Below are positions 11,772 through 22,700 of a stretch of 64,000 nt of DNA, piece by piece; positions within the stretch are counted from its first letter, which is position 1; the number at the start of each line of letters is the position of its first letter. The stretch covers positions 118,482,001 through 118,546,000 of the forward strand of contig OZ024744.1 in the NCBI GenBank assembly GCA_964016885.1. The letters run 5' to 3'. The notes beneath the pieces are model-generated. The model worked only from the letters and a program-made list of their open reading frames with translations. It did not search any database and was not told the origin of the DNA. The DNA is from Eledone cirrhosa. Taxonomy: Eukaryota. A program made the translations under genes and the position numbers.

Positions 11772-13547
11772 ATATATATATATAGCTATAGACATATATA
11801 TATATAACTATAGATATAGACATATATATAGCTATAGATATAGACATATATATATAGCTGTAGATATAGACATATATATAGCTGTAGATATAGACACATA
11901 TATATAGCTATAGATATAGACACATATATAGCTATAGATATAGACACATATATAGCTGTAGATATAGACATATATATAGCTATAGATATAGACATATATA
12001 TAGCTATAGATATAGACATATATATAGCTATAGATATAGACATATATATAGCTATAGATATAGACACATATATATAGCTATAGATATAGACATATATATA
12101 GCTGTGGATATAGACATATATATAGCTATAGATATAGACACATATATAGCTGTAGATATAGACATATATAGCTGTAGATATAGACACATATATGTATAGA
12201 TATAGACATATATATATATATAGCTATAGACATAGACATATATATAGCTATAGATATAGACATATATATATATATATAGCTATAGACATAGACATATATA
12301 TAGCTATAGATATAGACATATATATATATATATAGCTGTAGATATAGACATTTATATAGCTATAGATATAGACATATATATAGCTGTAGATATAGACATA
12401 TATATAGCTATAGACATAGACATATATATAGCTATAGATATATACATATATATAGCTATAGATATAGACATATATATAGCTATAGATATAGACACATATA
12501 TAGCTATAGATATAGACATATATATAGCTATAGATATAGACATATATATAGCTATAGACATAGACATATATATAGCTATAGATATAGACATATATATAGC
12601 TGTAGATATAGACATATATATATAGCTATAGATATAGACACATATATAGCTGTAGATATAGACATATATATAGCTATAGATATAGACATATATATATATA
12701 TATAGCTATAGATATAGACATATATATAGCTATAGACATAGACATATATATAGCTATAGATATAGACATATATATAGCTGTAGATATAGACATATATATA
12801 GCTATAGATATAGACATATATATAGCTATAGATATAGACATATATATAGCTGTAGATATAGACACATATATATAGCTGTAGATATAGACACATATATAGC
12901 TGTATATATAGATATATATATAGCTGTAGATATAGACATGTATATATAGCTATAGATATAGACATATATATAGCTGTAGATATAGACACATATATAGCTG
13001 TATATATAGATATATATATAGCTGTAGATATAGACATGTATATATAGCTATAGATATAGACATATATATAGCTATAGATATAGACATATATATAGCTGTA
13101 GATATAGACATCTATATATAGCTATAGATATAGACACGTTTATAGCTACACTTCCCAGGCAGGATATAAGCTCCGGAGTAGGCATTTCATTAAGTGAGTA
13201 GTGGCTAGATAAAGTGAGTTAGGGTGACAGACTTAACTCAGCATAATCATAGTCAATGGATTGATAATGTTATCTTTACCTATACACTACAATAGACCGT
13301 TTCTATGAGGGCTTCATACAGACAACCTCACTAACAGATTGTAAGACATAAGACCAAGGATACTATCGCTGTACAATGAATATTCATATAACAACTGTGA
13401 CATAAGTACACTTTCTGTAAGCTTTGCATGCTAGGAAAGACATATTAAGCTTTCATTAGCGAGGTCCTTGTCTATGGAGTTTATTTAAGTGGACTATACA
13501 GATCATAAATTTGTGCTTTGTAACATAGTCGACACATTACACTATTG

Positions 13548-13649
13548 CTATCTAGATATGATAATGTTGACCCTATCAGGAAACTTGGTGTCCTCAGATT
13601 TAGGAAATCCAGTTGGTACCTATTATACCCTATCTAGATATGATAATGT
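13548..13649. repeat. 20-bp direct repeat pair, 82 bp apart
   Basis: CTATCTAGATATGATAATGT at 13548-13567 and 13630-13649. Confidence 0.85.
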
Positions 13650-13663
13650 ATGGAGGGGGAATA

Positions 13664-13756
13664 TTAGGTATAGTGTTGGCAAATCTCAGGAAGCATGGAG
13701 GTTTTAAAGGATGCAGTGTGTCGACAGCTAACAACTGATGCAGTTAGTTTGTTCCA
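13664..13756 (-). pseudogene. CR1/L2-clade LINE ORF2 extreme C-terminus spanning the satellite boundary
   Basis: Minus-strand frame WNKLTASVVSCRHTASFKTSM-LPEICQHYT* (31 codons, stop at 13664-13666). WN.LP..VV......FK is the conserved end motif of CR1/L2-clade ORF2. Confidence 0.8.
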
Positions 13757-16700
13757 TGGAGGTTTTAAAGGATGCAGTGTCTTGACAGCTAATAACTGAT
13801 GCAGGTAGTTTGTTCCATGGAGGTTTTAAAGGATGCAGTGTCTTGACAGCTAACAACTGATGCAGTTAGTTTGTTCCATGGAGGTTTTAAAGGATGCAGT
13901 GTCTTGACAGCTAACAACTGATGCAGGTAGTTTGTTCCATGGAGGTTTTAAAGGATGCAGTGTCTCGACAGCTAACAACTGATGCAGTTAGTTTGTTCCA
14001 TGGAGGTTTTAAAGGATGCAGTGTCTCGACAGCTAACAACTGATGCAGTTAGTTTGTTCCATGGAGGTTTTAAAGGATGCAGTGTCTTGACAGCTAACAA
14101 CTGATGCAGTTAGTTTGTTCCATGGAGGTTTTAAAGGATGCAGTGTCTTGACAGCTAATAACTGATGCAGGTAGTTTGTTCCATGGAGGTTTTAAAGGAT
14201 GCAGTGTCTTGACAGCTAACAACTGATGCAGGTAGTTTGTTCCATGGAGGTTTTAAAGGATGCAGTGTCTCGACAGCTAACAACTGATGCAGTTAGTTTG
14301 TTCCATGGAGGTTTTAAAGGATGCAGTGTCTTGACAGCTAATAACTGATGCAGGTAGTTTGTTCCATGGAGGTTTTAAAGGATGCAGTGTCTTGACAGCT
14401 AACAACTGATGCAGGTAGTTTGTTCCATGGAGGTTTTAAAGGATGCAGTGTCTTGACAGCTAATAACTGATGCAGGTAGTTTGTTCCATGGAGGTTTTAA
14501 AGGATGCAGTGTCTTGACAGCTAATAACTGATGCAGGTAGTTTGTTCCATGGAGGTTTTAAAGGATGCAGTGTCTTGACAGCTAATAACTGATGCAGGTA
14601 GTTTGTTCCATGGAGGTTTTAAAGGATGCAGTGTCTTGACAGCTAACAACTGATGCAGTTAGTTTGTTCCATGGAGGTTTTAAAGGATGCAGTGTCTTGA
14701 CAGCTAGCAACTGATGCAGTTAGTTTGTTCCATGGAGGTTTTAAAGGATGCAGTGTCTTGACAGCTAACAACTGATGCAGTTAGTTTGTTCCATGGAGGT
14801 TTTAAAGGATGCAGTGTCTTGACAGCTAACAACTGATGCAGTTAGTTTGTTCCATGGAGGTTTTAAAGGATGCAGTGTCTTGACAGCTAACAACTGATGC
14901 AGTTAGTTTGTTCCATGGAGGTTTTAAAGGATGCAGTGTCTTGACAGCTAACAACTGATGCAGGTAGTCTGTTCCATGGAGGTTTTAAAGGATGCAGTGT
15001 CTCGACAGCTAACAACTGATGCAGTTAGTTTGTTCCATGGAGGTTTTAAAGGATGCAGTGTCTTGACAGCTAACAACTGATGCAGTTAGTTTGTTCCATG
15101 GAGGTTTTAAAGGATGCAGTGTCTCAACAGCTAACAACTGATGCTGGTTGTTTGTTCCATGGAGGTTTTAAAGGATGCAGTGTCTCGACAGCTAATAACT
15201 GATGCAGGTAGCTTGTTCCATGGAGGTTTTAAAGGATGCAGTGTCTCGACAGCTAATAACTGATGCAGGTAGTTTGTTCCATGGAGGTTTTAAAGGATGC
15301 AGTGTCTCGACAGATAATAAATGATGCTGGTAGTTTGTTCCATGGAGGTTTTAAAGGATGCAGTGTCTCGACTGCTAATAACTGATGCAGGTAGTTTGTT
15401 CCATGGAGGTTTTAAAGGATGCAGTGTCTCAACAGCTAACAACTGATGCAGGTAGTTTGTTCCATGGAGGTTTTAAAGGATGCAGTGTCTCGACAGCTAA
15501 CAACTGATGCAGGTAGTTTGTTCCATGGAGGTTTTAAAGGATGCAGTGTCTTGACAGCTAATAACTGATGTAGGTATTTTGTTCCATGGAGGTTTTAATG
15601 GATGCAGTGTCTCGACTGCTAATAATTGATGCAGGTAGTTTGTTCCAAGGAGCTTTTAAAAGATGCAGTGTCTCAACAGCTAACAACTGATGCAGGTAGT
15701 TTGTTCCATGGAGGTTTTAAAGGAGGCAGTGTCTCGACAGCTAACAACTGATGCATGTTGTCTGTTCCATGGAGGTTTTAAAGGATGCAGTGACTCGACA
15801 GCTAATAAATGATGCAGGTAGTTTCTTCCATGGAGGTTTTAAAGGATGCAGTGTCTCGACAGCTAATAACTGATGCAGGTAGTTTGTTCCATGGAAGTTT
15901 AAAAGGATGCAGTGTCTCGAGAGCTAATCACTGATGCAGGTAGTTTGTTCCATGGAGCTTTTAAAGGATGCAGTGTCTCAATAACTAATAATTGATGCAG
16001 GTAGTTTGTTCCATGGAGGTTTTAAAGGATGCAGTGTCTCGACAGCTAATCACTGATTCAGGGAGTTTGTTCCATGGAGGTTTTAATGGATGCAGTGTCT
16101 CGACAGCTAAGAACTGATGCAGGTAGTCTGTTCCATGGAGGTTCGAAATGATGCAGTGTCTCGACAGCTAATAACTGATGCAGGTAGTTTGTTCCATTGA
16201 GGTTTTAAAGGATGCAGTGTCTCGACAGCTAACAACTGATGCTGGTAGTTTGTTCCATGGAGGTTTTAAAGGATGCAGTGTCTCGGCAGCTAAAAATTGA
16301 TGCAGGTAGTTTGTTCCATGGAGGTTTTAACGATGCAGTGTCTTGACAGCTAATAACTGATGCAGGTAGTTTGTTCCATGGAAGTTTTAAAGGATGCAGT
16401 GTCTCGACAGCTAACAACTGATGCAGGTAGTTTTTTCCATTGGTGTTTTAAAGGATGCAGTGTCTTGACAGCTAATAATTGATGGAGGGAATTTGTTCCA
16501 TGGAGCTTTTAAAGGATGCAGTGTCTCAACAGCTAACAACTGATACACGTAGTTTGTTCCATGGGTGTTTTAAAGGATGCAGTGTCTCGACAGCTAACAA
16601 CTGATGCAGGTAGTTTCTTCCATGGATCTTTTAAAGGATGCAGTGTCTCGAGAGCTAATAATTGATGCAGGGAATTTGTTCCATGGAGCTTTTAAAGGAT

Positions 16701-19700
16701 TCAGTCTCTCGACAGATAACAACTGATGCAGGGTGTTTGTTCCATGGAGATTTTAAAGGATGCAGTGTCTCAACAGCTAACAACTGATGCACGTAGTTTG
16801 TTCCATGGGTGTTTTAAAGGATGCAGTGTCTCGACAGCTAACAACTGATGCAGGTAGTTTCTTCCATGGATCTTTTAAAGGATGCAGTGTCTCGAGAGTT
16901 AATAATTGATGCAGGGAATTTGTTCCATGGAGCTTTTAAAGGATTCAGTCTCTCGACAGCTAACAACTGATGCAGGGTGTTTGTTCCATGGATCTTTTAA
17001 AGGATGCAGTGTCTCGACAGCTAATAACTGATGCAGGTAGTTTGTTCCATGGAGGTTTTAAAGGATGCACTCTCTCAACAGCTAATAACTGATGCAGGTA
17101 GATTGTTGCATGGAGGTTTTAAAGGATGCAGTGTCTCGACAGTTAACAACTGATGCAGGAATTTTTTTCCATTGGTGTTTTAAAGGATGCAGTGTATTGA
17201 CAGCTAATAATTGATGCATGCTGTCTGTTCCATGGAGGTTTTAAAGGATGCAGTGTCTCGACAGCTAATACTGATGGAGGTAGTTTGTTCCATGGAAGTT
17301 TTAAAGGATGCAGTGTCTCGACAGCTAATAACAGATGCAGGTAGTTTGTTCCATGGAGGTTTTAACGATGCAGTGTCTTGACAGCTAATAACTGATGCAG
17401 GTAGTTTGTTCCATGGAGGTTTTAACGATGCAGTGTCTTGACAGCTAATAACTGATGCAGGTAGTTTGTTCCATGGAGGTTTTAACGATGCAGTGTCTTG
17501 ACAGCTAATAACTGATGCAGGTAGTTTGTTCCATGGAAGTTTTAAAGGATGCAGTGTCTCGACAGCTAAAAACTGATGCAGGTAGTCTGTTCTATGGAGG
17601 TTTTAAAGGATGCAGTGTCTCGACAGCTAACAACTGATGCAGGTAGTTTGTTCCATGGAGGTTTTAAAGGATGCAGTGTCTTGACAGCTAATAACTGATG
17701 CAGGTAGTTTGTTCCATGGAAGTTTTAAAGATGCAGTGTCTTGACAGCTAATAACTGATGCAGGTAGTCTGTTCCATGGAGGTTTTAAAGGATGCAGTGT
17801 GTTGACAGCTAATAACTTATGCATGTAGTTTCTTCCATGGAGGTTTTAAAGGATGTAGTGTCTCGACAACTAATAAATGATGCTGGTAGTTTCTTCCATG
17901 GAGGTTTTAAAGGATGCAGTATATCGACAGCTAATAACTGATGTAGGTAGTCTGTTCCATGCAGGTTTTAAAGGATGCAGTATCTCGACAGCTAATAAAT
18001 GATGCTGGTAGTTTCTTCCATGGAGGTTTTAAAGGATGCAGTGTCTTGAGAGCTAACAACTGATGCAGGTAGTTTGTTCCATGGAGGTTTTAAAGGATGC
18101 GGTGTCTCGATAGCTAACAACTGATGCAGCGAGTTTGTTCCATGGAAGTTCTAAAAAATGCCGTGTCTCGAAAGCTAATAAATGATGCTAGTAGTTTGTT
18201 CCATGGAGGTTTTAAAGGATGCAGTGTCTCGAAAGCTAACAACTGATGCAGGGAGTTTGTTCCATGGAGGTTTTAATGGATGCAGTGTCTCGACAGCTAA
18301 CAACTGATGAAGGTAGTCTGTTCCATGGAGGTTCGAATGGATGCAGTGTCTCGACAGCTAACAACTGATGCAGGTAGTCTGTTCCATGGAGGTTTTAAAG
18401 GATGCAGTGTCTCGACAGCTAACAACTGATGCAGGTAGTCTGTTCCATGGAGGTTTTAAAGGATGCAGTGTCTCGACAGCTTATAACTGATGCAGGTAGT
18501 TTGTTCCATGGAGGTTTTAAAGGATGCAGTGTCTCGACAGCTAACAACTGATGCATGTTGTCTGTTCCATGGAGGTTTTAAAGGATGCAGTGTATCGACA
18601 GCTAACAACTGATGCAGGTAGTTTGTTCCATGGAGGTTTTAAAGGATGCAGTGTCTCGACAGCTAACAACTGATGGAGGTAGTTTGTTCCATGGAGGTTC
18701 TAAAGGATGCAGTGTCTCGACAGCTAATAACTGATGTAGTTATTTTGTTCCATGGAGGTTTTAAAGGATGCAGTGTCTTGACAGCTAATAAATGATGCTG
18801 GTAGTTTGTTCCATGGAGGTTTTAAAGGATGCAGTGTCTCGACAGCTAATAACTGATGCAGGTAGTTTGTTCCATGGAGGTTTTAAAGGATGCAGTGTCG
18901 CGACAGATAACATCTGATGCATGTAGTCTGTTCCATGGAGGTTTTAAAGGATGCAGTGTCTCGACAGCTAACAACTGATACAGGTAGTTTGTTCCATGGA
19001 GGTTTTAAAGGATGCAGTGTCTCGACAGCTAATAACTGATGCTGGTAGTTTGTTCCATGGAGGTTTTAAAGGATGCAGTGTCTCGACAGCTAACAACTGA
19101 TGAATGTAGTTTGTTCCATGGAGGTTTTAAAGGATGCAGTATCTCGACAGCTAACAACTGATGCAGGTAGTTTCTTCCATGGATCTTTTAAAGGAGGCAG
19201 TGTCTCGACAGCCAATAATTGATGCAGGGAATTTGTTCCATGGAGCTTTTAAAGGATTCAGTGTCTCGACAGCTAACAACTGATGCAGGGTGTTTGTTCC
19301 ATGGATCTTTTAAAGGATGCCGTGTCTCGATAGCTAATAACTGATGCAGGTAGTTTGTTCCATGGAGGTTTTAAAGGATGCAGTGTCTCGACAGCTAATA
19401 ACTGATGCAGGTAGTTTGTTCCATGGAGGTTTTAAAGGATGCACTCTCTCAACAGCTAATAACTGATGCAGGTAGATTGTTGCATGGAGGTTTTAAAGGA
19501 TGCAGTGTCTCGACAGTTAACAACTGATGCAGGAATTTTTTTCCATTGGTGTTTTAAAGGATGCAGTGTATTGACAGCTAATAATTGATGCATGTTGTCT
19601 GTTCCATGGAGGTTCTAAAGGATGCAGTGTCTCGACAGCTAATAACTGATGGAGGTAGTTTGTTCCATGGAAGTTTTAAAGGATGCAGTGTCTCGACAGC

Positions 19701-22700
19701 TAATAACAGATGCAGGTAGTTTGTTCCATGGGGGCTTTAAAGGATGCAGTGTCTCGACAGCTAACAACTGATGCAGGTAGTTTGTTTCATGGAGATTTTA
19801 AAGGATGCAGTGTCTCGACAGCTAACAACTGATGCAGGTAGTTTGTTCCATGGAGATTTTAAAGGATGCAGTGTCTCGACAGCTAACAACTGATGCAGGT
19901 AGTTTGTTCCATGGAGATTTTAAAGGATGCAGTGTCTCGACAGCTAACAACTTATGCATGTAGTTTCTTCCATGGAGGTTTTAAAGGATGCAGTGTCTCA
20001 ACAGCTAATAAATGATGCTGGTAGTATTTCCATGGAGGTTTTAAAGGATGCAGTGTCTCGACAGCTAGTAATTGATGCAGGTAGTTTCTTCCATGGAAGT
20101 TTTAAAGGATGCAGTGTCTCGACAGCTAAAAACTGATGCAGGTAGTCAGTTCCATGGAGGTTTTAAAGGATGCAGTGTCTCAACAGCTAATAACTGATGC
20201 TGGTAGTTTGTTCCATGGAGGTTTTAACGATGCTCTATCTTGACAGCTAATAACTGATGCAGGTAGTCTGTTCCATGGAGGTTTTAAAGGATGCAGTGTC
20301 TCGACAGCTAACAACTGATGCAGGTAGTTTGTTCCATGGAGGTTTTAAAGGATGCAGTGTCTCGACAGCTAATAACTGATGCAGGTAGTCTGTTCTATGG
20401 AGGTTTTAAAGGATGCAGTATCTCGAAAGCTAACAACTGATGCTGGTAGTTTGTTCCATGGAGGTTTTAAAGGATGCAGTGTATCGACAGCTAACAACTG
20501 ATGCAGGTAGTTTGTTCCATGGAGGTTTTAAAGGATGCAGTGTCTCGACAGCTAACGACTGATGGAGGTAGTTTGTTCCATGGAGGTTCTAAAGGATGCA
20601 GTGTCTCGACAGCTAATAACTGATGTAGTTATTTTGTTCCATGGAGGTTTTAAAGGATGCAGTGTCTTGACAGCTAATAAATGATGCTGGTAGTTTGTTC
20701 CATGGAGGTTTTAAAGGATGCAGTGTCTCGACTGCTAATAACTGATGCAGGTAGTTTGTTCCATGGAGGTTTTAAAGGATGCAGTGTCGCGACAGCTAAC
20801 ATCTGATGCATGTAGTCTGTTCCATGGAGGTTTTAAAGGATGCAGTATCTCGACAGCTAACAACTGATGCAGGTAGTTTCTTCCATGGATCTTTTAAAGG
20901 ATGCAGTGTCTCGACAGCCAATAATTGATGCAGGGAATTTGTTCCATGGAGCTTTTATAGGATTCAGTCTCTCGACAGCTAACAACTGATGCAGGGTGTT
21001 TGTTCCATGGATCTTTTAAAGGATGCCGTGTCTCGATAGCTAATAACTGATGCAGGTAGTTTGTTCCATGGAGGTTTTAAAGGATGCAGTGTCTCGACAG
21101 CTAATAACTGATGCAGGTAGTTTGTTCCATGGAGGTTTTAAAGGATGCACTCTCTCAACAGCTAATAACTGATGCAGGTAGATTGTTGCATGGAGGTTTT
21201 AAAGGATGCAGTGTCTCGACAGCCAACAACTGATGCAGGTAGTTTGTTCCATGGAGATTTTAAAGGATGCAGTGTCTCGACAGCTAACAACTGATGCAGG
21301 AATTTTTTTCCATTGGTGTTTTAAAGGATGCAGTGTATTGACAGCTAATAATTGATGCATGTTGTCTGTTCCATGGAGGTTCTAAAGGATGCAGTGTCTC
21401 GACAGCTAATAACTGATGGAGGTAGTTTGTTCCATGGAGATTTTAAAGGATGCAGTGTCTCGACAGCTAACAACTGATGCAGGTAGTTTGTTCCATGGAG
21501 ATTTTAAAGGATGCAGTGTCTCGACAGCTAACAACTGATGCAGGTAGTTTGTTCCATGGAGATTTTAAAGGATGCAGTGTCTCGACAGCCAACAACTGAT
21601 GCAGGTAGTTTGTTCCATGGAGATTTTAAAGGATGCAGTGTCTCGACAGCTAACAACTGATGCAGGTAGTTTGTTCCATGGAGATTTTAAAGGATGCAGT
21701 GTCTCGACAGCTAACAACTTATGCATGTAGTTTCTTCCATGGAGGTTTTAAAGGAAGCAGTGTCTCAACAGCTAATAAATGATGCTGGTTGTATTTCCAT
21801 GGAGGTTTTAAAGGATGCAGTGTCTCGACAGCTAATAATTGATGCAGGTAGTTTGTTCCATGGAGGTTTTAAAGGATGCAGTATCTCGACAGCTAACAAC
21901 TGATGCAGGTAGTCTGTTCTATGGAGGTTTTAAAGGATGCACTGTCTCGACAGCTAACAACTTATGCAGGTAGTTTGTTCCATGGAGGTTTTAAAGGATG
22001 CAGTGTCTCGACAGCTAATAAATGATGCAGGTAGTTTCTTCCATGGAGGTTTTAAAGGATGCAGTGTCTCGACAGCAAATAATTGATGCAGGTAGTTTGT
22101 TCCATGGAGGTTTTAAAAGATGCAGTATCTCGACAGCTAACAACTGATGCAGGTAGTCTGTTCTATGGAGGTTTTAAAGGATGCAGTGTCTCGAGCGCTA
22201 ACAACTGATGCAGGTAGTTTGTTCCATGGAGGTTTTAAAGGATGCAGTGTCTCGATAGCTAATAAATGATGCTGGTAGTTTGTTCCATGGAGGTTTTTAA
22301 GGATGCAGTGTCTCAACAGCTAATAACTGATGCAGGTAGTTTGTTCCATGGAGCTTTTAAAGGATGCAGTGTCTCGACAGCTAACAACTGATGCAGGTGG
22401 TTTGTTCCAAGGAGGTTTTAAAGGGTGCAGCATCTCGACAGCTAATAGCTGATGCAGGTAGTTTGTTCCATGGAGGTTTTAAAGGATGCCGTTTCTCAAC
22501 AGCTTATAACTGATGCAGGTAGTTTGTTCCATGGAGGTTTTAAAGGATACCATGTCTCGACGGTTAACAACTGATGCAGGGAATTTGTTCCATGGAGCTT
22601 TTAAAGGATGCAGTCTCTTGACAGCTAACAACTGATGCAGGGAGTTTGTTCCATGGAGCTTTTAAAGGATGCAGTGTCTCGACAGCTAATAACTGATGCA

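Larger units (their letters stand above)
6720..13148. repeat. AT-rich minisatellite, ~22-32-bp unit (modal 24 bp: ATATAGCTRTAGATATAGACAYAT), interrupted by three insertions
   Basis: Direct reading. Unit length varies with the (AT)n count. It explains all MSISIAIY / YIYSYIYV low-complexity ORFs. Confidence 0.97.

Noticed and set aside
6797-13037. Many Ile/Tyr/Ser-rich ORFs
   Set aside because: Translations of the AT-rich minisatellite, with no coding signal.
13489-13707. 72-aa plus-strand ORF starting at GTG
   Set aside because: Short, non-ATG start, no recognisable domain, and antisense to the LINE end.
13694-13754. GATGCAG occurs twice per monomer, suggesting an ancestral ~30-bp dimer
   Set aside because: Better explained by two Ala-Ser codon pairs (GCA TCN) in the parental ORF. 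The rest of the two halves do not align.
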